The notes below the pieces were generated by a model. The model did not search any database and was not told the DNA's origin. It saw nothing but the letters and a program-made list of their open reading frames with translations. Below are positions 25,296-35,664 of a stretch of 64,000 nucleotides of DNA, piece by piece. Position 1 is the first letter of the stretch; each line of letters starts with the position of its first letter. Origin of the DNA: Candidatus Iainarchaeum sp. (GTDB lineage Archaea; Iainarchaeota; Iainarchaeia; Iainarchaeales; JAFCCW01); assembly GCA_017609985.1 (NCBI GenBank), contig JAFCCW010000013.1, forward strand, positions 25,520-89,519, written 5' to 3'. The position numbers and the translations under genes were made by a program.

Positions 25296-26798
25296 TTAAA
25301 CAAATTCTTCTAAGATAATTCTTTCCATTTGAACAACTTCAAGAGACTTTGCAATTTTTTCAGCTGCTTCAAGTTTTCTTTTGGTTGAAGAATAAATTGT
25401 GAAAAGAACTTCCTTCTTTTTTACAGTGTCGCCTGCTTCAACTTCAAGCAGTAATCCAGCATAATGGTCTGCTGGAGCCCCGGCTGCTCTGGCAATGTCA
25501 ATGCAGTTTCCAAGATTAACTGAGTGAATTTCTCCTGATTCTTTTGCCTTTATCTCTATCTTGTATTTTCCGTCTTTTATTTCAGTACTGGTTGTGGCCT
25601 TTGCGCCCTGTGCTTTAATGATTGCTTTCATTTTTTTAAGAGCCTGTTTGCTTTCAAGAATATTCTTTGCTTTGCTGTATCCTTTTCCCTTTTTTGTTTT
25701 TCCGCATAATTCAAACAGCACTCCTGCTAGCTCGCAACTCTTTTGTGCAAGATTGTCAAAAACTTTTCCTTCAAGAATTTTCATTGCATGCTTTGCTTCA
25801 AGAGCTGGTCCAAAAGCAGGGCCTGAGGGTTCTTCTCCGTTTGTAATAACTGCATTAACCTTCATTCCAAGTGATTCTCCAACACTCAAAAACTTGAGTG
25901 CCATTTCTTCTGCCCGTTTTCTTGTCTTGATTTTTGCCTCGGGTCCAACAGGCAAATCAATTACAACATATTTTGCTCCAACGCTTGCTTTTTTTGCCAT
26001 AACACTTGCAATAACTTGTCCGTCCGGGTCAAGGGAGAGAGGGTGTTCAACCTTTATTATCTTGTCGTCAACTGGAGCAAGGTCTAGTGAACCGCCCCAG
26101 ACAATTACTCCGCCGTGCTTTTCAGTAATGTTTTTGATTTTGTTCAAGGGCAATCCAACTTTGGCAAGAACCTCCATTGCGTCAGCTGTTCCTGCGGGAG
26201 AAGTAATTGCTCGAGAAGAAGTTTTTGGAATAAACAGTCCTGCTGAGGCAACAATCGGAATCACAATCATTGTTGTTCTGCCGTTTGTTCCTCCAACCGA
26301 GTGCTTGTCAACAATAGGAGCTTTTGAAATTTTTAACTGCTTTCCATCATCTCTTAAAGCTTTTGTCATTGCAACTGTTTCCTCTAAATCATAACCGTTG
26401 ATAAAAATAGCTGTCAAAAACGCACCTAATTCCACATCGCTTAGCTTGTTGTCGCCAATGTCTTTTACAATTGTTCTAAGCTCTTCTTCGGAAAGCTTTC
26501 CTTTGCGAATCTTTTTTTGAATAAATTTTACGCTCTCTGGTCTCGGCACTGCAGAAACCCTTATTCTTGCGCTCTTTTTTGCCTTCAAAATCTTTTGAAC
26601 ATCTTCATAAATCCCAATCTGGTCTGGACCAACCATTGAATCAGTTGTGTCAACCACGGTTGTCATGCACTTTTTTGCAGAAGGATTTGTCAATTCAACT
26701 CTGTCAAGGGGAAACACTCCAAGCTCACCAGCATCTTTTTCATTCAAGAGACAGATGAGTTTTCCTGTTTCAATATCAAAAAGCTTTGCTTTCATCAT
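25296..26798 (-). CDS. deoA: AMP phosphorylase (thymidine phosphorylase family, archaeal DeoA type)
   Basis: About 500 aa. The N-terminal extra domain (MKAKLFDIETGKLICLLNEKDAGELGVFPLDRVEL) is characteristic of archaeal AMP phosphorylases. The core has DKHSVGGTNGRTT and SSRAITSPAGTAD. The start is placed at MMKAKLF; the track start is 26840. Confidence 0.8.
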   Translation of the reverse strand: MMKAKLFDIETGKLICLLNEKDAGELGVFPLDRVELTNPSAKKCMTTVVDTTDSMVGPDQIGIYEDVQKILKAKKSARIRVSAVPRPESVKFIQKKIRKGKLSEEELRTIVKDIGDNKLSDVELGAFLTAIFINGYDLEETVAMTKALRDDGKQLKISKAPIVDKHSVGGTNGRTTMIVIPIVASAGLFIPKTSSRAITSPAGTADAMEVLAKVGLPLNKIKNITEKHGGVIVWGGSLDLAPVDDKIIKVEHPLSLDPDGQVIASVMAKKASVGAKYVVIDLPVGPEAKIKTRKRAEEMALKFLSVGESLGMKVNAVITNGEEPSGPAFGPALEAKHAMKILEGKVFDNLAQKSCELAGVLFELCGKTKKGKGYSKAKNILESKQALKKMKAIIKAQGAKATTSTEIKDGKYKIEIKAKESGEIHSVNLGNCIDIARAAGAPADHYAGLLLEVEAGDTVKKKEVLFTIYSSTKRKLEAAEKIAKSLEVVQMERIILEEFV

Positions 26799-26872
26799 CT
26801 GAGAGTAACCAGATGAAATTTCACATTTTTCTCTAACCATTTTAATCCAATTAGAAAACGCTGTTTGTCTAT

Positions 26873-27520
26873 TTAAAGATTTCTTATAATTTCTTCAAGT
26901 TCTGAAAAGTTTTTTATTTCAAAATCCGGTTCTGTTTCCCGTAAGGATTCTCTACTTCCGAATCCATAACTTGCCCAGACAGAAACAACTCCTGCACTTA
27001 ACCCTGCTCCGACATCGTAAATCATGTCTCCAACAAAAACAGTTTTTTCTTTGCTGACTCCAGTTCTCTTTATTGCCAGCTCCACTATGTCTGGTGCAGG
27101 CTTTGCTTTCTCAACCAAGTCTTCTCCAAGAATAACATCAAAATATTTTGCTATTCCAACACCCTCTGCGACAAGCTCAGCCATATAAGTCTTTTTAGTT
27201 GTTGCAATCGCAAGCTTGATTCCAAACTTTTTTAAGGTTTCAAGTGTTTCCATAACTCCTTGGTAAGTTGGGGAACCAGTTGGTCCAATTTCGCTATATT
27301 TTTTTCTATAGCTTGCAGATGCTTCTTCAACCAAGTTCTTTTTTTTGTCAGGCAGAACGATTTCAAAAATTTCTTCAAGAGGCATTCCAGTGTACTGCAG
27401 AAGGTCTTCTTGTTCTTCAACTCCGACTTCTTTTAGTGCATGGTTAAAAGAAATATTCATTTCCCTCAAGGAGTCAATCAGAGTACCATCTAGGTCGCAA
27501 GCGAGAAGTTTTTTGTTCAC
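26873..27520 (-). CDS. HAD-family hydrolase (phosphoglycolate phosphatase-like)
   Basis: LACDLDGTLIDS (DxDxT motif I) and VGDMIYDVGAG (motif IV). Confidence 0.75.
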   Translation of the reverse strand: MNKKLLACDLDGTLIDSLREMNISFNHALKEVGVEEQEDLLQYTGMPLEEIFEIVLPDKKKNLVEEASASYRKKYSEIGPTGSPTYQGVMETLETLKKFGIKLAIATTKKTYMAELVAEGVGIAKYFDVILGEDLVEKAKPAPDIVELAIKRTGVSKEKTVFVGDMIYDVGAGLSAGVVSVWASYGFGSRESLRETEPDFEIKNFSELEEIIRNL

Positions 27521-27528
27521 AAAAACAC

Positions 27529-28380
27529 CTAGAAGTCTATTTCCTTGTTGAGTTCTTTGATTGCCTTTACTGCTGCTCCGGCAAAGTCAGTGGTTCCTTC
27601 CTTTTCGTAAGCAAAGTTTATTCCACTGCTTGAATTGATTCTTTGAATTGCAATGTCCATGCCTGTTTTCTTGAGGATGCTTGTGACTTCTTCAGCTGAA
27701 CCACCCTGTGCGCCCACGCCAGGAATAAGTAATGGCATTTTTGCTTTCTTTTCCACAAAGAATTTGCAAAGTTCCTCCATTTCAGCAGGCGAAGTTGCTC
27801 CAACAACTGCTCCCACGTTTCCCTCTGCATTGGAACCCCATTCCACAATTTTTTCTGCAACAATCTCGTAAAGTTTTCTTCCCTCTATTTCAAGGTTTTG
27901 TAATTCTTTTGCTCCCTCGTTGCTTGTTCTGTTCAGAATGTATGCTCCCTTTCCCTTTTCCTCACACCATTTAATGAACGGTCCAACAGAATCCTGTCCC
28001 ATGTATGGGGCAAGAGTAACACAGTCTGCTCCCCAAAATCCAAAAACTTCTTCTGCATAGGCTGCGGAAGTCTTTCCAATGTCTCCTCTCTTTGCATCAA
28101 GAATAACTGGCAAGCCAACCTCTTTTGCTTTTGCAATAACCTTCTTCAAAGCTCTTAGTCCCTCAAAACCATACTGTGCATAGAAAGCAATGTTTGGCTT
28201 GATTGCTCCCGGGAGCGTGTTCTCTGAAGAAGCAGCCTCGAGAATTTGTTCGTAGAAACTTGAAATTTGTTCTTCTGGTCCGCCTTTAAGAGGGATTTTA
28301 TCAAGAACAGGGTCTGCTCCCATGCAGACAATGCTCTTGTTTTTTTCAGTTGTTTCTCGCAGAAGGTCAGCGTAACCCAT
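27529..28380 (-). CDS. pyrF: orotidine 5'-phosphate decarboxylase (type 2)
   Basis: GADPVLDKIP, IKPNIAFY and ILDAKRGDIGKTSAAYA. The start is placed at MGYADLL, where its ATG overlaps the pyrE stop as TAATG; the track start is 28404. Confidence 0.85.
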   Translation of the reverse strand: MGYADLLRETTEKNKSIVCMGADPVLDKIPLKGGPEEQISSFYEQILEAASSENTLPGAIKPNIAFYAQYGFEGLRALKKVIAKAKEVGLPVILDAKRGDIGKTSAAYAEEVFGFWGADCVTLAPYMGQDSVGPFIKWCEEKGKGAYILNRTSNEGAKELQNLEIEGRKLYEIVAEKIVEWGSNAEGNVGAVVGATSPAEMEELCKFFVEKKAKMPLLIPGVGAQGGSAEEVTSILKKTGMDIAIQRINSSSGINFAYEKEGTTDFAGAAVKAIKELNKEIDF

Positions 28381-29003
28381 TACTTTCCCTCCTCTGGTTT
28401 CCATTTTTCAGGATCCTTAATATATCCAAGAATACTTTTTTGTTGTTCTTCTGTTATCTTGTTGTGTTCTACAAGAGTCTGCAAAATTTCACTCATTGTG
28501 TAAACACTGTGCAAGTCATAACCTTTTGCTTTAAGGTCGTTTTTGCCTCCTTGTTCTCTGTCCACTAACACAACAATATCCTTTACCTTCAAGCCAACTG
28601 CTTCAAGCGGAGCAATTGCTTCAAACTTGCTCTCCCCAGTTGTAATCAGGTCGTCGTAAACAAGAATTCTTTCACCCTCTGTATAGACTCCCTCAATTTT
28701 CCTCTTTGTTCCATAACCCTTTTGCTCTTTTCTTGGGTAAATCATTGGAATATCGTTTTCAAGAGACACAGCTGTTGCAATTGAAATAGCTGCGTATGGA
28801 ATACCAGCAATTCTGTCAAACTGCAAACCCATTGTTTTCTTTCTTAGCTCTTCTGCAACCTCTTTGAGGATATTAGGGTAAGAAATCAAAACCCTCAAGT
28901 CAATGTATATTGGACTCTTTAGTCCAGACTTTAGTGTAAACTCACCAAATTTTACTGCTCCAATCTTGAACAAATCAAGACACAATTTTTCCTTTGGATT
29001 CAA
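28380..29003 (-). CDS. pyrE: orotate phosphoribosyltransferase
   Basis: FGEFTLKSGLKSPIYIDLR and the PRPP loop VYDDLITTGESK. The TTG start overlaps the upstream HAD stop as TTGA. Confidence 0.85.
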   Translation of the reverse strand: MNPKEKLCLDLFKIGAVKFGEFTLKSGLKSPIYIDLRVLISYPNILKEVAEELRKKTMGLQFDRIAGIPYAAISIATAVSLENDIPMIYPRKEQKGYGTKRKIEGVYTEGERILVYDDLITTGESKFEAIAPLEAVGLKVKDIVVLVDREQGGKNDLKAKGYDLHSVYTMSEILQTLVEHNKITEEQQKSILGYIKDPEKWKPEEGK

Positions 29004-29443
29004 AGGCCCACCTCCGTTGTAAGTAAATGTTTTAACTCCTTTAAATTCCTAACCGTGAAATCTGGTTCCCTTCTCTTCAATGGCATCTCATCTTCAAACT
29101 TTCCTTGCCTTACCCACACAGCTTTCATTCCAAGTTCTTTTCCAAGAGCAATCTCCTTGACTGCTCGATCGCCAACCATCAAGCAGTCTGTTGGATTCAA
29201 GCTTTCTTCTTTCAAAATCTTTCTCAGCCCTTCCAAATCCTTTTCTTCAACAAAAAACATTTTCTTAAACCATTTGCCCACAAGCTCTTCTGCTCGCTCC
29301 CGCCTGCCAGCAGGATTCTTGCTCAGAAGGGAAAGCCTTGTTTTTCCAAGTAACTCCTCCAAAAGCTCTTCTGTGCCATCAATGAGACTATCAGTATCTG
29401 GGTTGTACAGAGTTCTGCTGAAGTCAAAAAAGATAATTTTCAT
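29000..29443 (-). CDS. HAD-like hydrolase (small, capless)
   Basis: 147 aa. IIFFDFSRTLY is a degenerate motif I, and MVGDRAVKEIALGKELG is motif IV-like. Confidence 0.55.
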   Translation of the reverse strand: MKIIFFDFSRTLYNPDTDSLIDGTEELLEELLGKTRLSLLSKNPAGRRERAEELVGKWFKKMFFVEEKDLEGLRKILKEESLNPTDCLMVGDRAVKEIALGKELGMKAVWVRQGKFEDEMPLKRREPDFTVRNLKELKHLLTTEVGL

Positions 29444-30588
29444 TTTGTTATCCTCCTTACAATCTTGACTATATCTCCAACAGGAAGATCAAATATTCTA
29501 TTACTATTTTCCAAAATTCCTTGTTTTTCAGCTCTTTTTCCTATCTCTCCCAAAAGTTCCTTAGCTTCCCTGTGCACTCTTGTCCAAATTTGTCTGTTTT
29601 CACTTTCCCATTTTGAGAGATCTCCTGCGAGTTCCGAAAGATATATTATTTCTTCTCTGTTACTTCCTTCTGGCAAAGCATAATATCCTCTTATTGCAGC
29701 GGCTCTTTTTCTGCCAGCTGCGTCTCTCGTCATTTTATTCATCCTTGCCTGAAATCCAGTATCTGTTTTTTCGGAAAGAATATTTTCAAGAACTTTTTCT
29801 CTTTGCTCTCTTGTTCCTGTAAAGTTGGTGAACCCTGTGTCAGCGAATTCAGCCATATAATCGTCAAGAAGCTTTGCAAGCTCAGGATTTTTTGAAGGCT
29901 CTCTGCCATTTTCTGCAGCTTTCTTTATTTGCTCTCTTGCTATTCCCAGCCTCTGTTCCATTGTTTTCTTGTCTGAGACAAACATCCTTGTTGTTGAGTC
30001 TGGTGGTTGTTTTCCTCTTTTAAAGTCATCATCCAACATTTCTTCAACTGCAGTTGCCATAGTATCTGCAAAGAAAGAACTTTTTGTAAATTCAGTTCTT
30101 GTGGATAGGAATTCTGAAAATGCTTTTGAGATCTCTTGGTTGCTTGCGTTTGGATATTTTGATTTTTGCATTCTTTTAGCAAGATTTCTCATCTGTTCGT
30201 TTACTTGTTCCTTAGACTGTCTTATTTTTCTCACTGCTGCGGAAGAGCGAAGTTTTTTCTTCAGACCATTAACCACTCTTCTATACTCATCTTCATCTAC
30301 AATAAATATTCCGTTGAAGTTAGTCATTGTTGAGAATCGCATTCCAAATTCTTCTGGAGCGCGTTTTGCTCCGCGATAGATGAGAGTGCTATATAGGGAT
30401 CCTCTTTCCCCCCAGTCTCTTATTACTATTGGTTTTGAAATCTTCTTTTGTTTACATCTTTTTCTCAATTGCTCTTGCTGTTCAGGTGATAGTTTTGTTT
30501 TTGAAATAACCTGGGCTAAATGCGTTCTGCTAATCAGTTTTCTCCTTGGAATCACTAAATCCAACCTCTTTTCCTTTTGTTTACTCAA
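29440..30588 (-). CDS. hypothetical protein (382 aa) embedded in the pyr operon
   Basis: The long ORF is overlapped at both ends: TTGA with the pyrC stop and ATGA with the HAD start. It has a TTG start, and the first in-frame ATG is codon 83. It is helical and charged. No family recognised. Confidence 0.6.
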   Translation of the reverse strand: MSKQKEKRLDLVIPRRKLISRTHLAQVISKTKLSPEQQEQLRKRCKQKKISKPIVIRDWGERGSLYSTLIYRGAKRAPEEFGMRFSTMTNFNGIFIVDEDEYRRVVNGLKKKLRSSAAVRKIRQSKEQVNEQMRNLAKRMQKSKYPNASNQEISKAFSEFLSTRTEFTKSSFFADTMATAVEEMLDDDFKRGKQPPDSTTRMFVSDKKTMEQRLGIAREQIKKAAENGREPSKNPELAKLLDDYMAEFADTGFTNFTGTREQREKVLENILSEKTDTGFQARMNKMTRDAAGRKRAAAIRGYYALPEGSNREEIIYLSELAGDLSKWESENRQIWTRVHREAKELLGEIGKRAEKQGILENSNRIFDLPVGDIVKIVRRITK

Positions 30589-31928
30589 CTGTCAATATAG
30601 GTTCCGCCACTGAATTCAACCTCTTTTCCTTTTGGTTCTCCAACTATTTTGCCGGAGTCAAACACTAGCTGTCCTCGAACAATTGTTTTTACAACTGCTC
30701 CCTGCAGTTGCATTCCGTTGAAGGGGGACCAGTTGCATTTTGTGAACAGGTTTCCGTTTCTTGCCTTGAATGTCTTGTTCATGTTGACTATTGCAAAGTC
30801 TGCGTCAAAGCCTTTTGCAATAGCTCCTTTTCCTCTGATTCCAAAAATGCCGGCAGGTCTTTCACAGCATAACTTAACCATTTTTGCAAGAGCAAGTTTT
30901 CCTTCGTTAACTGCATTCAGCATCAAGGGCATCATTGTTTCAATCCCTGGAACCCCTGCTGGTGCATCCCAGTATGGCTTGTTTTTTTCAGCCACTGTGT
31001 GTGGTGCATGATCTGTTGCAACAGAGTCAATAATGTTTGACTCAATTCCCTGCCATAAAGCCAGCTTGTCTTCCTTGCTTCTCAGAGGAGGATTCATTTT
31101 TCCAAAGTTCCCAAGCTTTCCAGCGTCCTTTGAAGTCAAAAATAAGTGGTGCGGTGTTGCCTCACAGCTAATCTTTTTTCCCTTTCTCTTCGCATCCCTC
31201 ACGAGTTCCATTCCCTTTTTTGTGGAAACATGCAAAAAATGCATGTCATTTCCTGACTTTTCCTGATTTTTTAAAGCATAGCTTATTGCTTCAATCTCTG
31301 CATTTGCTGGTCTGATGTCTGAATGAAACAATGCAGTGTCAAGTCCTTCATTCTTTGCTCTTGCTGCATTTCTCTGAATTATTTTTTCATCTTCTGCGTG
31401 CACTGTAACAGGCCTGCCAATTCTTTTAGCACTAATGCATATTTTTCGCATTGCTTCCAAGTCATCAACAAGAAGGGAGCCAGTGCTTGAACCCATAAAA
31501 ATTTTAATGCTTGCAATGTTTCTGGAATTTTCAATCTGTGACCTGTTAAACTTTGTTGCTCCAAAGTGAAATCCATAGTCCACAAAGCTCTGCCCTGAAA
31601 CAATTTCTCTTTTTTCTTCAAGATGCTCTAGTGTTGTAAGTGCGGGATTTGTATTTGGCATGTCAAGAACTGTTGTCACACCGCCTGCAGCAGCTGCACT
31701 GCTTCCAGTTTCCCAATCTTCTTTGTAGTCTGCGCCAGGGACACGAAAATGCACGTGCCCGTCAATTGCCCCTGGCAAAACAATGCAGCCAGAACAATCA
31801 ATTACCTGGCTTCCTTTGAGGAGAGACCCGCTGACTTCCACAATCTTTCCATCATTTACTCCAATAAATGAATTTAGTGGTTTTCCCCGAGAGAAAACCC
31901 GGCCACCTTTCAAAACTAAGTCAAACAT
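30585..31928 (-). CDS. pyrC: dihydroorotase
   Basis: 447 aa. LPGAIDGHVHFRVPG is the metal-binding HxH motif, plus VATDHAPH. Confidence 0.85.
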   Translation of the reverse strand: MFDLVLKGGRVFSRGKPLNSFIGVNDGKIVEVSGSLLKGSQVIDCSGCIVLPGAIDGHVHFRVPGADYKEDWETGSSAAAAGGVTTVLDMPNTNPALTTLEHLEEKREIVSGQSFVDYGFHFGATKFNRSQIENSRNIASIKIFMGSSTGSLLVDDLEAMRKICISAKRIGRPVTVHAEDEKIIQRNAARAKNEGLDTALFHSDIRPANAEIEAISYALKNQEKSGNDMHFLHVSTKKGMELVRDAKRKGKKISCEATPHHLFLTSKDAGKLGNFGKMNPPLRSKEDKLALWQGIESNIIDSVATDHAPHTVAEKNKPYWDAPAGVPGIETMMPLMLNAVNEGKLALAKMVKLCCERPAGIFGIRGKGAIAKGFDADFAIVNMNKTFKARNGNLFTKCNWSPFNGMQLQGAVVKTIVRGQLVFDSGKIVGEPKGKEVEFSGGTYIDS

Positions 31929-32003
31929 TTCCCCACCTTTCCTTATTTTTATGTTTTTAATTTCTAATTTTATAATCTTAATTTACTTCAAGCTCTCAGC
32001 AAT

Positions 32004-32819
32004 TCAGCACTTGTTTCCCTTAGAATATTCTCCCAAGTCAACAAGCTTTCCACTCTTTGTTCTTGCAAATTTTCCAAGCTCTGTCAGCTGTTCAAGATGC
32101 TTTTTGTCAAACACTGGCCCTTCAACGCAAACAAGCTTTCCGTTAATGCAGCATTCTCCGCACAAGCCAACAGCGCACTTCATAAAGCGTTCAAGAGAAA
32201 ATTGGCATTCAATTCCTTTTTTCTTGCAAACCTCGAGAAGAGGAACCAGCATGACCTCTGGTCCGCAGGCAAATACGCAATCAAAACCTTCTTTCCCAAG
32301 AAGCTCTTCAACTTTTTGGGTTGTGAAACCCTTCTCTCCTTTGCTCCCATCATCCGTTGTTATGTATAAATCACTTATTTTTTCAAGTCTTTTTTCATAG
32401 GGTAACAGGTCAGCAGTTCTTGCTCCAAGAACATATGCTGGCTTCTTGCCGTGCTCTGCAAGCATTTCTGCAAGCGCGGTGAGGTTTGCATTGCCACAGC
32501 CTCCTCCAACAAGCAATGGCTTTGTTGTCTTTCCAAAGTGAAATCCGTGCCCAAAAGGTCCTCTGACACCAAATTCGTCTCCTTCTTTTAGCTTATGCAT
32601 TTTCTCTGTAAAAATTCCTCTTTTCTGAACACTTATTGCTGACTCGTTTCCAATTGAGGAGAGAGTAAATGGTTTTTCATCAATTCCCGGAAGCCAAACC
32701 ATAACAAACTGCCCTGGTGAAGCATTCAACTCTTGTTCGAACCAGAAAGTCTTAATATCACTACACTCTTGCTCGATTTTCTTTATCTTTACTATCACGT
32801 GATTATCCATGAGCAACAC
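32004..32819 (-). CDS. pyrK: dihydroorotate dehydrogenase electron-transfer subunit
   Basis: FAD/NAD-binding ferredoxin-reductase fold, with the C-terminal 2Fe-2S motif CAVGLCGECC...CVEGPVF. Confidence 0.85.
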   Translation of the reverse strand: MLLMDNHVIVKIKKIEQECSDIKTFWFEQELNASPGQFVMVWLPGIDEKPFTLSSIGNESAISVQKRGIFTEKMHKLKEGDEFGVRGPFGHGFHFGKTTKPLLVGGGCGNANLTALAEMLAEHGKKPAYVLGARTADLLPYEKRLEKISDLYITTDDGSKGEKGFTTQKVEELLGKEGFDCVFACGPEVMLVPLLEVCKKKGIECQFSLERFMKCAVGLCGECCINGKLVCVEGPVFDKKHLEQLTELGKFARTKSGKLVDLGEYSKGNKC

Positions 32820-32945
32820 CCGCTAGTTCATTATATTTATAAACAGGTTCAACAAGCCTATTATTATGGTTGAAGAAAAAACAGTTAAAGAGCTTTCCAA
32901 GATGGTTAAAGATAACCTTAAAGTCTATAAGGAACTTGCTAAGCA

Positions 32946-33332
32946 TTAGTTTATTCTTGTTTTCAGCCATTTCTTCACACCTCTAATTTTTACTTTTTTT
33001 GCACCGACTTTTTTGAGAAATTCAACATCTTCCATTTTCAGCTTAAGGTCTTTTCCATTGATCCTCAGGAATCTGTCAGTTATAGCGCTTGCTCCTCTTT
33101 TGTTTCCATCCATAAAAGTGTGCTTTGTTGCTATCTCTCTTAAAAGAAATGCTGCTTTCATCAAAACACATTCTTTTTCTTCATTGTACAATTCCCTTAC
33201 CCTCTGCAATGAAAAATCAAGAGAAGCTATCTCTCTAAACATAGGCTTAGCTTTTGTTTGCAACATCACTTCATTGTAAACCATAAGCGCTTCCTCCAAA
33301 GAAAGATATTTGACCTCATTTATGAGCAACAC
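32946..33332 (-). CDS. doc: Fic/Doc family protein, Doc (death-on-curing) subtype
   Basis: 128 aa. The core motif HTFMDGNKRGA fits HxFx(D/N)(A/G)NKR. The N-terminal KYLSLEEALMVYNEVM resembles Doc N-termini. The start overlaps the pyrD 3' end by 17 nt. Confidence 0.75.
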   Translation of the reverse strand: MLLINEVKYLSLEEALMVYNEVMLQTKAKPMFREIASLDFSLQRVRELYNEEKECVLMKAAFLLREIATKHTFMDGNKRGASAITDRFLRINGKDLKLKMEDVEFLKKVGAKKVKIRGVKKWLKTRIN

Positions 33333-34263
33333 CCACTACGTCTTTGAGGTTTTTTACTCCCTCTTGGTTCATCCATTTTTCTGTTTCTCCAAGCACGTCT
33401 CCAAAAACATCTAAATCTCTCGTGTAATGGATTGCTGTGCCGATTCCATACATGCTTGCTCCTGCCATTGCATATTCTATCAGGTCTCGTCCATGGCTTA
33501 TTCCGCCCATTCCAAGAATTGGCACTTCTCCACCAGTTGCTTCATAAATATCGTAAACGCATCTTACTCCAATTGGTTTTATTGCCGGACCCGACAGCCC
33601 GCCTCTCTTGTTTGCAAGAACTGGTGCACGGGCTTCAATATTTATCAGCATTCCCGGACCGACTGTATTGATTGCACAGATTGCATCTGCTCCTGCGTCC
33701 ACACAAGCCTTTGCTACTTCTCCTATGTCGTGCGCCTGCGGAGTCATCTTTGGCATTACGGGAATCTTTCCAACAGCATTTTTTACTTTCTCGGTCACCT
33801 TTGCAGCGTCCTCTGCTCTTAGCCCAAAAGCCTGCCCGTGTCCTTTTGCGTGGGGACAGCTGATGTTCGGCTCAATCAAAGCAGGCTTGTGAACTGCAAC
33901 AGCTTTTGCAACCTCTTCAAAGTCTTCAAAGCTTCCGCCAAGAATGCTTGCAATAACCCTGTCCATTCTTCCGTTCAATCCTTGCCATTCATCATTAAGA
34001 TTTTCAATTCCCGGGGTGGGCAATCCAACAGCATTTATTACTCCGTGCTCCCATGGAACAACAGTGGGATTAGGATTTCCTTCCCGTTCCACCAGGCCGA
34101 TGCTCTTCATTGTAACAGCTCCAGCGCCGCCCTCGTCAAGAACTCTGAGGAGAACTTCAGCATTTACTCCAAGAAATCCTGACGGAAGAACAGCAGGGTT
34201 TGGAAATTTCTTTCCGCAAAAAACAGTTTTGAACTCTAAACCCATCAAACCCGCTAAGTACAA
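33316..34263 (-). CDS. pyrD: dihydroorotate dehydrogenase catalytic subunit (class 1B)
   Basis: 315 aa. EPNISCPHAKG, GLSGPAIKPI and GMGGISHGRD motifs. Confidence 0.85.
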   Translation of the reverse strand: MYLAGLMGLEFKTVFCGKKFPNPAVLPSGFLGVNAEVLLRVLDEGGAGAVTMKSIGLVEREGNPNPTVVPWEHGVINAVGLPTPGIENLNDEWQGLNGRMDRVIASILGGSFEDFEEVAKAVAVHKPALIEPNISCPHAKGHGQAFGLRAEDAAKVTEKVKNAVGKIPVMPKMTPQAHDIGEVAKACVDAGADAICAINTVGPGMLINIEARAPVLANKRGGLSGPAIKPIGVRCVYDIYEATGGEVPILGMGGISHGRDLIEYAMAGASMYGIGTAIHYTRDLDVFGDVLGETEKWMNQEGVKNLKDVVGVAHK

Positions 34264-34343
34264 GGTGCAGCAGTTTTTTTAAAGATATCTTGAACCACAA
34301 AATAAAATACTCTGATTTAAATATTTCTAATGTCTAATAATAA

Positions 34344-35660
<1,317 letters not shown>

Positions 35661-35664
35661 AAAC

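Noticed and set aside
25561-26394. 277-aa plus-strand ORF.
   Set aside because: It is antisense to the well-supported AMP phosphorylase gene. It is a low-complexity Ser/Pro/Phe translation.
31783-32400. 205-aa plus-strand ORF bridging the pyrC-pyrK spacer.
   Set aside because: It is antisense to the pyrC start and the pyrK 3' half. It is a Ser/Phe/Pro-rich translation.
32866-32949. 27-aa plus-strand ORF (MVEEKTVKELSKMVKDNLKVYKELAKH) as a candidate Phd-like antitoxin for Doc.
   Set aside because: It is convergent with doc rather than upstream and co-oriented. It is too short for known Phd/RHH antitoxins, and it has no earlier in-frame start (a stop lies at 32824-32826).
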